From contig CAWDWB010000005.1 of the NCBI GenBank assembly GCA_963805925.1, positions 18,247 through 82,246 of the forward strand: DNA of 64,000 nt, in the 5' to 3' direction. The number at the start of each line of letters is the position of its first letter. Positions within the stretch are counted from its first letter, which is position 1. The DNA is from an uncultured Acidobacteriota bacterium. Lineage in GTDB: Bacteria > Acidobacteriota > Terriglobia > Bryobacterales > UBA6623. The translations under genes were made by a program, and so were the position numbers. The notes under the pieces are model-generated. The model had not been told where the DNA came from. It did no database searches and saw nothing but the letters and a program-made list of their open reading frames with translations. Below, one piece after another: positions 37,940-46,735 of the stretch.

Positions 37940-39223
37940 CTACACGAAGAACGGCACGTCGGGCACGGCGTACTTGCGCATTCCTTCTTCGTTGATCTCA
38001 ACACCGATGCCGGGCTTGTCGGAAACGGCGATAAACCCATCCTCGACCATGTCGCCGTCGAAGGTGACGATTTCCTTGAACATCGGATCCGTGTGAAAGT
38101 AAGTCTGCCACTCCAGAATCATGAAGTTTGGCACCGAGGCGCAGACATGCGCCGAGGCCATCGCGCCGAGATAGGAAGACACCATGTGCGGGGCGAACGG
38201 CACATAGTACAGATTCGAGAGGTTCGCGATGCGCTGACCTTCCGCCAGCCCGCCCACTTTCTGCAAATCGGGCATAATGATGTCGACCGCGCCCTCTTCA
38301 AGCAACTTGCGGAAGCCGTGCGCTAGATACAAATTCTCTCCCGTGCAGATCGGCGTACTGGTCGAGTGCGTGATCCACTTGTAGGCATCGACGTTTTCCG
38401 CCGGAATCGGCTCTTCAAGCCACATCAGGTTGATCGGCTCCATGCGCTTGGCCACCTGTTGGGCGGTGGCGGCGTCATACCGCCCGTGCATGTCCGCGCA
38501 GATATCGATGTTGGGACCGACCGCTTCGCGCGCCGCCGACATCTGATCCACCATACGCTGGACTTCAGCGGGACTGGCTGTCCAATTGAAACGGTCGTAC
38601 TTATTCGGGTCGTTCGCTTGATCGAGGTCGAACTTCACGGCGGTGAAACCCATATCGACAGCATTCTTGGCCGCTTCGGCAAATTGTTGGGGCGTAGGTA
38701 AACGCGCCTGATACAACGCCGTATCCATGTAGACGCGGACGCTATCGCGGAACTTGCCGCCGAGCAACTGGTACACCGGCAAACCAAGCGCCTTGCCGGC
38801 CAAGTCCCAAAGTGCATGTTCAATGGCCGTCAGCACCGCTACGTAAATGCCGGACTGGGCGCCCTCAAAGAAGCCGGCCTTGCGGACCTGCTCAAATAGG
38901 CGGTTCACGTTAAGCGGGCTCTGCCCGCGGATGCGTTGACCAAATGTCTTCACCAAGTGATAGGTGCCTGGCGTGGCGTCAGCGGCTTCTCCGCAGCCCC
39001 AAATATCTTGATTCGTGTGAACTTTCACGAATAGAGCGTGTCCCCCGCGAATGAAGCCGCAGGTCACGTCGGTGATCTGCAAGTCCGAAGGCATCGACGA
39101 CTGCCCGGCGCCGTCGACGGCGTTCTGCAGTCCTTGCGCGAAGACGGCGGGCGAGAGAGATGCAGCGGCGCCGGCGAGGGCGCTGTTTGCTAAAAACGAT
39201 CGGCGGGAAAGGGAAGAATGCAT
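37940..39223 (-). CDS. Enolase-superfamily (mandelate racemase / sugar-acid dehydratase-like) enzyme with Tat signal peptide
   Basis: N-terminus MHSSLSRRSFLANSALAGAAASLSPAVFAQG (twin-arginine motif). The body has ..FTAVKFDLD..DICADMHGRY..MWLEEP..TGENLY.. metal-ligand blocks. Confidence 0.85.
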   Translation of the reverse strand: MHSSLSRRSFLANSALAGAAASLSPAVFAQGLQNAVDGAGQSSMPSDLQITDVTCGFIRGGHALFVKVHTNQDIWGCGEAADATPGTYHLVKTFGQRIRGQSPLNVNRLFEQVRKAGFFEGAQSGIYVAVLTAIEHALWDLAGKALGLPVYQLLGGKFRDSVRVYMDTALYQARLPTPQQFAEAAKNAVDMGFTAVKFDLDQANDPNKYDRFNWTASPAEVQRMVDQMSAAREAVGPNIDICADMHGRYDAATAQQVAKRMEPINLMWLEEPIPAENVDAYKWITHSTSTPICTGENLYLAHGFRKLLEEGAVDIIMPDLQKVGGLAEGQRIANLSNLYYVPFAPHMVSSYLGAMASAHVCASVPNFMILEWQTYFHTDPMFKEIVTFDGDMVEDGFIAVSDKPGIGVEINEEGMRKYAVPDVPFFV

Positions 39224-39418
39224 TGTGCTGACTCCGGGACGGCAAGGAAAAACCGCCCGGCGCACATGCTAACACGAGGGCGCAGCCTAGGGCCGTTCCG
39301 TCATAGCCTCACGTTTCCCACAAAGCTAGCCAACGCCGGCAGAAGCGTACCGAGGATGGACCACAGAAGCCCGGGCGAAGCACTCTCTGTCGGCGTGCTC
39401 TGCAGCTTCGGCTTCACG

Positions 39419-39571
39419 TCACTGCATCGCTTCTTTGGCGGCATGCCAGCGTCGCCGGGCCTCGTCATCTTTTGGTTCGAGAATTCGCCGTATTCCCTGT
39501 AGTTCTGCGCGGCGGGAAATCTCGGTGTCCGAGGCCGAGAGGCCTACGGACGTATACGCAGTGCTGTGCAT
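39419..39571 (-). CDS. Possible 50-aa small protein (unknown function)
   Basis: ATG 39571 is preceded by GGAGG (complement of 39578-39582) at 6-nt spacing. Lies in a lower-GC patch. No family recognised. Confidence 0.3.
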   Translation of the reverse strand: MHSTAYTSVGLSASDTEISRRAELQGIRRILEPKDDEARRRWHAAKEAMQ

Positions 39572-39939
39572 AACGGACCTCCACTTGTAGCTTGGTGGCG
39601 GGCGCCAGGTTTCACGCGTCATTGGGGGACGAGTTTACCTTGGTTATCGCTGAGCTTAAACTCCCGTTCGGTGGTAGTGTCCTAACAATCAACTGCTGGG
39701 GCGCTGGCGGTTCATCTTCCTGGTGACGCGAGAGCAGATCCTGCCAGTAAGCCTCAAGAAACGTCAGGCGAGCGACGGGCGATGCTTCCGGAGTGTTTTC
39801 GGGGCCGGTCAACTCGACTAGGTCCTCGAACAGCATGACTCAACGCTAAATCAGCGTTACGCATTCGAGCAATGGATCGAAGGTTTGTCTTTGTAGGGTC
39901 TTGTGCCTAAGCCTCGCTCGACTGGTGGCCTGCCCGGTG

Positions 39940-40035
39940 CGGCAGAACCCAGTCGCGGCGGGGGAAATGACAGGTGTCCACGATAAGCATCAGAGGACGG
40001 TCGAAGTACTGACCGAGTTCCTCAGTTCGTTGTTG
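39940..40035 (+). pseudogene. Short relic of the 3' end of an alpha/beta hydrolase paralogue
   Basis: ..GVHDKHQRTVEVLTEFLSSL.. parallels the C-terminus of 37020-37925 (..GHNLHHDQRKKTVEVLTAFLGSL*). No upstream hydrolase body. Confidence 0.3.
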
Positions 40036-40108
40036 GCGCGCGCAGTCAGCAAGGGGCGAGGCAGCGTCAGTCCCTTGCCGCCCCAGCGGCAACTACGCCT
40101 TGTTCCAC

Positions 40109-40561
40109 TTAGGTGAGGGCGTAAGCGTAAACTTCATGAAGTTTCATTACGGCGCCACGGCGGGTCGCTTCCTCGAACTTCGCATCGCCGAGTGTCTGCC
40201 GGATCCTCGTCGTGGCCTCTGAAAGCTGTGCCACAAACGGATTCGATTCGAAAAGTCTCGCGACGGCGCCATTCAATACCGCGGCAGCGTAGCCATACCC
40301 AAGCCGCTTAAACAAGACGATCAGGCTGCCGATTCCGTGTGAGATTAAGAGGAGATCCGTGGACCTACGCCAGTGGTCCATCATTTGGGAGAAATTCTCT
40401 AAGGCCGCAATCGGATCCATTTGGGTCGCCTGAAGCGCTGCGACTTCCGCTGCCCCCATGGCCTCCCAAAGACGGTTGCCGGACTCGCGTGCGATCGCGA
40501 TAGAGCGCTCATAGGCCGCCGCCATCGCCAGATCGGTGTACGCCCACACGAACGGCGCCAT
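40109..40561 (-). CDS. C-terminal fragment of a large helical-repeat (TPR/ATPase-type) regulator; probably a truncated remnant
   Basis: 150 aa ending ..LGDAKFEEATRRGAVMKLHEVYAYALT*, like the tails of large AAA/TPR regulators. The space where its N-terminal domains should lie is occupied by the opposite-strand MBL gene. Confidence 0.45.
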   Translation of the reverse strand: MAPFVWAYTDLAMAAAYERSIAIARESGNRLWEAMGAAEVAALQATQMDPIAALENFSQMMDHWRRSTDLLLISHGIGSLIVLFKRLGYGYAAAVLNGAVARLFESNPFVAQLSEATTRIRQTLGDAKFEEATRRGAVMKLHEVYAYALT

Positions 40562-40574
40562 CTCGGTGTTGCCT

Positions 40575-41331
40575 ATGCGCGATATCGCCTCCCGGCCATA
40601 GCGCTTGGCGTACCGGTCAACGCCTTTCTGTCGATGGCCCGCGATCCGGTGCTTGTGGACACAGGCATGGCTGCGGATAGCGTCCAGTTTCTGGAGTCGT
40701 TTCGCAACGTCATGGACCCCAAGGACCTCAGGTGGATCTGGTTAACCCATCCGGACCCCGACCATACCGGCAGCCTGCTTGAACTCCTGGAGGAGTCGCC
40801 GCAGGTCAAAGTCATCACGACATTCTTCGGGTACGGAATCCTGGGTCTTTCGAAGCCGTTGCCGCTGGATCGCGTCTACTTCCTCAATCCCGGCCAAGCG
40901 ATCAGCATGGGTGATCGAACCCTGACGGCGGTGATCCCGCCAACATTCGACAGTCCGTCCACAACGGGATGCTACGACTCTCGGTCTGGAGTCTTTTTTA
41001 GCGCGGATTATTTTGGCGCAGTGCTGACGGCGCCGGCTCAGGAGGCCGGGGCGATCCCGAAGGACGACCTCCAGGCGGGTCAGCTCTTGTGGGAGTCCAT
41101 TGATCATCCGTGGATTCGAAAATTGATCGACTGAAACTCGCTGGGGACTTGAATGCCATTCGACGGATGGATCCGCGTTTGATTTTGAGCGGCCATCTGC
41201 CGCCGGCATCCGGTATGACGCGCTCATTTCTCGATACCATGGCCCAATCGCCGGATGCGGCGCCCTACAGCGGACCGGATCAAGCAGCCCTTGAGAAATT
41301 GTTGGCGCAACTAAACGGATCGGAGAGTTGA
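40575..41331 (+). pseudogene. MBL-fold metallo-hydrolase, reading frame broken (one clear, one tentative frameshift)
   Basis: ..VNAFLSMARDPVLVDTG..WIWLTHPDPDHTGSL.. ends at TGA 41132-41134. The next frame (open from 41104) continues ..IDRLKLAGDLNAIRRMDPRLILSGHLPPA.. to 41331. The 5' end is unclear: the ATG 40575 frame is lost at the CCC at 40591-40593. Confidence 0.6.
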
Positions 41332-41357
41332 TCCGCGCCGCCAAGGGCGTCGAGGGG

Positions 41358-41864
41358 CTACGCAGCGCCTTCGCGGCGGGGCAGAACCCAGCCCGAGCGA
41401 GGGAAGTGGCAGGTGTACCCGTTCGGGTAGCGCTCAAGGTAATCCTGGTGCTCGGGTTCGGCTTCCCAGAAAGCGCCGGCCGGCACGACCTCGGTTACCA
41501 CCGGCCCAGGCCATAGGCCGGAGGCGTCGACGTCGGCGATCGTCTCCTCTGCCACGGCCTTCTGTTCATCCGAGAGGTAGTAGATTGCCGAGCGGTACGA
41601 TGTCCCGACGTCGTTGCCCTGGCGGTCTTTCGTCGTGGGGTCGTGGATTTGAAAGAAGAATTCCAGCAGCTTGCGATAGCTAATCTGGTCGGGGTCGAAC
41701 TCGATCTCGATCGCCTCTGCGTGCGTGCCGTGATGGCGATAGGTGGCGTGTTGCACATCTCCGCCGGTATAGCCGACGCGCGTTTCGAGGACGCCCGGCA
41801 GTTTGCGAATCAGATCCTGCATGCCCCAAAAGCAGCCGCCGGCTAGAACTGCGCGTTCGATCAT
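41358..41864 (-). CDS. msrA: Peptide-methionine (S)-S-oxide reductase
   Basis: ..[25 protein letters not shown].. . Confidence 0.95.
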   Translation of the reverse strand: MIERAVLAGGCFWGMQDLIRKLPGVLETRVGYTGGDVQHATYRHHGTHAEAIEIEFDPDQISYRKLLEFFFQIHDPTTKDRQGNDVGTSYRSAIYYLSDEQKAVAEETIADVDASGLWPGPVVTEVVPAGAFWEAEPEHQDYLERYPNGYTCHFPRSGWVLPRREGAA

Positions 41865-42332
41865 TTAGACGTCCTCCACTTGGTCGAGATACTTGCCGTA
41901 GCCCTCTGCCTCCATGTCGTCGCGGTGGACGAAGCGCAGACTGGCGCCGTTGATGCAATATCGCAGTCCGCCGCGGTCGTGCGGACCGTCCTCGAAGACG
42001 TGTCCCAGGTGGCTGTCGCCGAAGGTCGAGCGCACTTCGGTCCGTCGCATGCTGTGGCTGGTGTCGCTGAGCTCGTTGACGTACTCATCGTCGATCGGCT
42101 TGGTGAAGCTCGGCCAACCGCAGCCGGATTCGTACTTGTCGGAGCTGGCAAACAGCGGCTCACCGGAGACGACATCGACGTAGATGCCTGGCTCCTTGTT
42201 GTGGAGATACTCGCCGGTGCCGGGCAGTTCGGTTCCGTTTTGCTGCGTCACGCGGTATTGCTCGGGCGAGAGGTCCGCTACGGCGGCGTCGGTCTTCTTG
42301 TATTCCATGTCAGTCAGCTTTGATTCTGACAT
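41865..42332 (-). CDS. msrB: Peptide-methionine (R)-S-oxide reductase
   Basis: ..[47 protein letters not shown].. . Abuts msrA with no spacer. Confidence 0.95.
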   Translation of the reverse strand: MSESKLTDMEYKKTDAAVADLSPEQYRVTQQNGTELPGTGEYLHNKEPGIYVDVVSGEPLFASSDKYESGCGWPSFTKPIDDEYVNELSDTSHSMRRTEVRSTFGDSHLGHVFEDGPHDRGGLRYCINGASLRFVHRDDMEAEGYGKYLDQVEDV

Positions 42333-42340
42333 GCCCGGCT

Positions 42341-42841
42341 TTAGGGCACGATCTTAATGAGCGTCCTGGGTCCGTCGAGGTTTCTGCCAATAAAGTAGCC
42401 CATGAAGGCGCCGCTTGCCCCAACTGCCGCAATGGTGAGCGCGGCGGTGCCTCGGGAACTCGGCTGAGGTGCAAGAGCGTATAGGCCTACTCCGGCGGCT
42501 GCTCCCAAAATTGCGCCGAGTTTTCCACGCCCGCCGCGGCGCGGCTGCAGTAGTTCGAGCAAAGTCACTGAAGCGCGCGGGATCGATGCGTGTCCCCTGG
42601 GATGCACGACGTGGTTGGTGGTTCTGTTGATGGTGAGAATGAGCGTATCGTCGCGTACCGCAACGACTTCGGCCCTGATGGTCACGGCGTCGGGCAACGT
42701 GAGCTGTACCTGGCGCCCCTCAATCAGTGAAGCCAGTTCAGCCCATTTGCGTTCCTGAGGCTGCTGCTGGGCGAGGGCAGCGTTCCCCAGACAGAGCAAT
42801 AGGATGAGAGCGGCAAGGCTTAGTCGGGGCATGAGGTTCAC
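42341..42841 (-). CDS. Hypothetical secreted/membrane-anchored protein with glycine-zipper C-terminus
   Basis: Signal peptide [24 protein letters not shown], and C-terminal [26 protein letters not shown]. Lies 8 nt upstream of msrB on the same strand. Confidence 0.55.
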   Translation of the reverse strand: MNLMPRLSLAALILLLCLGNAALAQQQPQERKWAELASLIEGRQVQLTLPDAVTIRAEVVAVRDDTLILTINRTTNHVVHPRGHASIPRASVTLLELLQPRRGGRGKLGAILGAAAGVGLYALAPQPSSRGTAALTIAAVGASGAFMGYFIGRNLDGPRTLIKIVP

Positions 42842-42998
42842 GTTGAGACGGAGCCGGCGCCAATTCGGTTTCAGCGGACCTACTCAACACGTGGGCCAAT
42901 TGTATATCCGGCGGCATTCGTGGTGTTTTCGGCGAAGGCCCTCTCGGCCAAATGAGAATCACAATTGACATCGCCTGGCGCGACTGTCACTTTGAGCA

Positions 42999-43775
42999 GT
43001 GATGAAAAACAGACTCGCCGGAAAATTCGCTGTGGTTACGGGAGCAGGCAAGGGCCTCGGGTGCTCCGCGGCAATCCTGATGGCTCGGGAAGGCGCTAAG
43101 GTCGCGGTCGTCGACCGAGACGAGGCAGCCGGGGTCGCGGTCGTCAAAGAAATCCAGGCCAAGGGCGGAACCGCCATTTTCAAACGACTGGACGTCACCA
43201 AGGAAGCCGAAGTCGAGCGGGTTCTCAACGAAGTTGCCGCCGAGCTCGGCGGCCTGAACGTACTCGTCAACAATGCCGGAATTTCGGGCGCCAATAAGCC
43301 GACGCATGAGGTGACGGAACAGGAGTGGGATCTGGTGATGGCGGTGAATGTGAAGGGCGTATTCTTCTGCACCAAGCATGCGATTCCTCACATGAAAACC
43401 GCCGGCGGCGGCAGCATCATCAATCTCTCTTCGATTTACGGCCTGGTCGGCGCACCGGACGTGCCGCCGTATCACGCCTCGAAGGGGGCAGTCCGTTTGA
43501 TGTCCAAGACGGACGCGCTGCTGTATGCCCCCGACGGGATTCGCGTGAATTCGATTCACCCCGGTTACATCTGGACCCCGATGGTAGAGGCATTCGGAGC
43601 GGACAATCCAGCGGGAACTGAGGAGTTCCGCAAGCAAGTCGGCGCACTCCATCCGCTGGGGCACATGGGCGAAGCGGACGACATCGGTTGGGGCGTCGTT
43701 TACCTGGCCTCGGACGAATCGAAGTTCGTCACCGGCTCTGAGTTAGTCATCGACGGCGGGTACACGGCGCGCTGA
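42999..43775 (+). CDS. Short-chain dehydrogenase/reductase (SDR)
   Basis: TGAGKGLG cofactor motif, NNAG, S..YHASK catalytic triad context, ~258 aa. Confidence 0.9.
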   Translation: MMKNRLAGKFAVVTGAGKGLGCSAAILMAREGAKVAVVDRDEAAGVAVVKEIQAKGGTAIFKRLDVTKEAEVERVLNEVAAELGGLNVLVNNAGISGANKPTHEVTEQEWDLVMAVNVKGVFFCTKHAIPHMKTAGGGSIINLSSIYGLVGAPDVPPYHASKGAVRLMSKTDALLYAPDGIRVNSIHPGYIWTPMVEAFGADNPAGTEEFRKQVGALHPLGHMGEADDIGWGVVYLASDESKFVTGSELVIDGGYTAR

Positions 43776-44068
43776 GCGGAGGCTGTGGGCTTGGGCGGCG
43801 TCAGTTCTTTGACCATCATCTGCGCCAGGCCGAACGTGCCTTTGGCGGCCATGGTTTCCGCCAGAACCTTCTCGCCCATCTCCAGGTAACTGTCAGCTCC
43901 GGCCATTTCGGATTGTTCGGCGAGAACGCTTCCCGCGTCGCGCGCCGACTTGAGCCACTGAGCGATCAGCATGGTCTCGAATTCACGTGCGGCGTCTTCG
44001 ACCGAAGGGCGTTTTACCTCAGCGCGATGAGCAAGTAGGTCAGGTGAAAGAGCGATGAGATTATCCAT
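43700..44068 (-). CDS. flgJ: Flagellar rod-binding protein (FlgJ N-terminal domain only; no muramidase domain)
   Basis: ..AAREFETMLIAQWLKSAR..YLEMGEKVLAETMAAKGTFGLAQMMVKEL resembles the Rod_binding domain. Sits directly downstream of flgI. Confidence 0.65.
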   Translation of the reverse strand: MDNLIALSPDLLAHRAEVKRPSVEDAAREFETMLIAQWLKSARDAGSVLAEQSEMAGADSYLEMGEKVLAETMAAKGTFGLAQMMVKELTPPKPTASAQRAVYPPSMTNSEPVTNFDSSEAR

Positions 44069-44071
44069 GGT

Positions 44072-45160
44072 TTACATGACCTGCAGTTCGGCTTCGAGTG
44101 CGCCGGCGGCGGCGATGGATTGCATGATGGCGATGATGTCGCGCGGCGTCGTGCCGATGGCTGTGAGCGCCTGCACCAGCTCTTCGACGGTGGCCCCGGC
44201 GGGGATCATGCCTTTCTTAGCGGCTTCTTCGTTGATCTGTACGTTCGACTGCGGCACAACGGTCGTTTCTCCCGCGCTGAAGCCAGTGGGCTGTGAAACG
44301 ATGTAGTCGGTCACGATCTGCACCGTCAGGGAACCGTGCAGGATGGCGACCGGCGCGATGCGTACTTGGCTGCCGATGACGACGGTGCCGGTGCGCTCGT
44401 TGAGCGTCACGCGGGCGGGGCGGTCGGTTTCGATTTCAACGGCGCCGAGGCGGGCGAGGAAGGCGACCGGTTGGTCGACGTAGTTCTCGGGCATGGCGAT
44501 ACGCAATGTCCCTGAGCTTTCGGCTTGGATGTGCGCTTCGGGAAATTCAATCATCAGGGCGTCTTTCATACGCGAAGCCGTAGCGAAGTCGGCTTGGCGC
44601 AACTGCAAGCGAAAGCCTGCGGGGTCGGGGCGGATGCTGGGGGCGTCTCGCTCGACCAGGGCGCCTTGGGGGACGCGTCCAACGGTGGGGTGGTTGACCC
44701 GTACGTTGGCCCCGCCGCGACCCGCGGCGAAACCGCCGATCGAGAGCGGACCTTGCGCGGCGGCGTAGCTCTCGCCGTTGGCGCCCTTGAGCGCGGTCAA
44801 CAGCAGCGTGCCGCCTTGTAGACTTGCGGCGTCGCCGATGGAGGAGACCGTCACATCGAGCTTGATGCCGGGCGTGGCGAAAGGCGGCAGCGTGGCAGTG
44901 ACCATGACGGCGGCGATGTTGTTGATGCGCAGTCCGTTGGGGTCGACGTTGACGCCCATGCGGCGCAGCAGGTTGGAGAGGCTCTGGGTTGAGAACACCG
45001 TTTGTTGGCGGTCGCCGGTGCCGTTGAGTCCGACCACCAATCCGTAGCCGAGCAGTTGGTTTTCGCGTACGCCTTCGATCGAGGCCAGGTCTTTGATGCG
45101 CACCGAGGCGCCGGCAATAACGGCCGCGAGAAGGAGAAACGAGAGGATTCGTAATGGCAT
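44072..45160 (-). CDS. flgI: Flagellar P-ring protein
   Basis: Signal peptide, then RIKDLASIEGVRENQLLGYGLVVGLNGTGD.. and C-terminal ..LVQALTAIGTTPRDIIAIMQSIAAAGAL.. . ATG 45160 preferred. Confidence 0.92.
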   Translation of the reverse strand: MPLRILSFLLLAAVIAGASVRIKDLASIEGVRENQLLGYGLVVGLNGTGDRQQTVFSTQSLSNLLRRMGVNVDPNGLRINNIAAVMVTATLPPFATPGIKLDVTVSSIGDAASLQGGTLLLTALKGANGESYAAAQGPLSIGGFAAGRGGANVRVNHPTVGRVPQGALVERDAPSIRPDPAGFRLQLRQADFATASRMKDALMIEFPEAHIQAESSGTLRIAMPENYVDQPVAFLARLGAVEIETDRPARVTLNERTGTVVIGSQVRIAPVAILHGSLTVQIVTDYIVSQPTGFSAGETTVVPQSNVQINEEAAKKGMIPAGATVEELVQALTAIGTTPRDIIAIMQSIAAAGALEAELQVM

Positions 45161-45167
45161 GGGGTAT

Positions 45168-45842
45168 TTAGAAGGGCAATAGGCGTCGGAAGATGCGGTA
45201 GAGGGCATTGGGGCGGCGGATGGCTTCGTTGACGACGCCCTTACCGTTCACGCGTAGGTCCATCAGCGCGATGCGGTCGGACGAGACGCTGTTGTCAGTG
45301 CGCAGATCGGCTTGGCGCACGACGCCGCGAATCACGACGAGTTGACGCTCAGCGTTGACGGAAATCTCTTTCGTCCCCTCGATGATCAGGTTGCCGTTGG
45401 GCATGACTTCGACGACGTGTGCGGTGACGACCGCGGTGACGGCCATTTGGCGTCCCGTGCTGCCGCTGCCGTCGAGGCTGGAGTCGGAGCCCTGGTTGAA
45501 AAGGTTGGGCAAGCCGCCGAGCGGAGCCATGACGCCGAGCAAATTGCTGACCGCGCTGTCGCTGGAGGAACTTCTGGACTGGGTGAGCGATCCGCTGGTC
45601 AACGCGCTGGCTTGTTCGGAGATGGCGATGGTGACCAAGTCGCCGATTTTCGAGGCACGGGCATCGCGAGCCAGGTCGGCCAGGTAAGAGTTCTGCGTAA
45701 AGAGCGAGCCGGCGGAAGGGCCGTTTTCACTCGATTCGAGGATGGTACGCGAACGGTAGCGTCCGAGCGCTTCGGGAGCCGTTTGGGCGATGAGCGGTCC
45801 GAGAATAACCAGGACCGTCAGGGAAATTCTAGCGGCTAGCAT
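45168..45842 (-). CDS. flgH: Flagellar L-ring protein
   Basis: ..SLFTQNSYLADLARDARASKIGDLVTIAISE..NGNLIIEGTKEISVN.. . Confidence 0.88.
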   Translation of the reverse strand: MLAARISLTVLVILGPLIAQTAPEALGRYRSRTILESSENGPSAGSLFTQNSYLADLARDARASKIGDLVTIAISEQASALTSGSLTQSRSSSSDSAVSNLLGVMAPLGGLPNLFNQGSDSSLDGSGSTGRQMAVTAVVTAHVVEVMPNGNLIIEGTKEISVNAERQLVVIRGVVRQADLRTDNSVSSDRIALMDLRVNGKGVVNEAIRRPNALYRIFRRLLPF

Positions 45843-46731
45843 GGTCGGCCTCGACGTATGCGGTTTCTTGATCGGTTAGACGGGCGCTGACCCGTCCGCC
45901 GGTAGCGATGTTGTGAAAGGGAAGCAGATCGCCGCGGGATCCGGAGGCTTCGGCGCGCCCGGGGGAACGTAAGCGGATGCCGCCGAACTCATAGCGCAGT
46001 TCGACAAGATCGCCCCGGGAAACCAACGGGACGGAGTGTACGAGGTCATCCGTTATGGGCTGGCCAGGCTTAATAGAGCGCATGAGAGTCCAACGTCCAT
46101 CTAGTTGATCTGACAATAGATAACTGTTGAGGGTGGGGAGTGCGCCGCGCTTGGATATGACGTCCGATGGCGTGAGCGCCGTGCCGGCCGGTAAGCTTGC
46201 CGCGGCCTCATACCATTGGCCTTCGACGATGATGACGGCCCGCACGAGTTCAATCCCGGTGCGGCCGCCTGACTCGCGCCAGCGTAGGCGCAGCGGCGTG
46301 GGTTGGTTGAGCGTGAGGCGGTTGCAGAGGCACTCAAGGGAGATTTCACCGGCGGGGACCGAGGGCGCCCCGCCGGAAAGGATCTCGATGGAGATGTCGT
46401 CGGCGTCGATGGCGGCGCTAGCGGCTTGCTCGATCTCGTCGTGCGTCAGCAAACGCATCGTGCGACGCAGGATCAGTTCTTCGGGAAGTTGCTGCGGGTT
46501 GAGACCCAGAGAGCTAGCCCAACGCAGCAGCTCAATACGGGTGACGCGCCGGGTCACGCCGGGAGCAGGGGCACGGGCGACGGTCGCGGCGGGGTCGGCC
46601 TGAGCGAAAGCCGCGACATCGGCGGCGAGGCTCCCGGCGGTGACGTCGGGAGAGGCAATGTCGATCACCGGTTGACTGTAAGCGGGTGAGGCGAGCGCGG
46701 TGAGCAGCAGTAGAGTTTTCAGGTCGGTCAT
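45829..46731 (-). CDS. flgA: Flagellar basal-body P-ring formation chaperone
   Basis: Signal peptide. C-terminal SAF-like ..IKPGQPITDDLV..PLVSRGDLVEL.. . Position between flgG and flgH. Confidence 0.75.
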   Translation of the reverse strand: MTDLKTLLLLTALASPAYSQPVIDIASPDVTAGSLAADVAAFAQADPAATVARAPAPGVTRRVTRIELLRWASSLGLNPQQLPEELILRRTMRLLTHDEIEQAASAAIDADDISIEILSGGAPSVPAGEISLECLCNRLTLNQPTPLRLRWRESGGRTGIELVRAVIIVEGQWYEAAASLPAGTALTPSDVISKRGALPTLNSYLLSDQLDGRWTLMRSIKPGQPITDDLVHSVPLVSRGDLVELRYEFGGIRLRSPGRAEASGSRGDLLPFHNIATGGRVSARLTDQETAYVEADHASR

Positions 46732-46735
46732 AGCG

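Noticed and set aside
38100-38125. TGGCAC hexamer (sigma-54 -24-like) inside the enolase-superfamily gene
   Set aside because: No TTGC at the correct spacing. The site is intragenic and antisense.
39461-39480. GGTTCGAGAATTC string resembling a tRNA T-loop
   Set aside because: The flanking bases cannot form a T-stem, and no acceptor or anticodon arms are present. Not a tRNA.
39612-39836. 74-aa minus-strand ORF overlapping the small 39419-39622 ORF by 11 nt; considered as a toxin-antitoxin-like pair
   Set aside because: Neither product resembles a TA family I recognise, and this ORF has no visible RBS. Only the downstream 50-aa version, which has GGAGG, is kept, at low confidence.
42842-42998. 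TTGACA-N17-CACTTT upstream of the SDR gene as a promoter
   Set aside because: The -10 is too weak to support by sequence alone.
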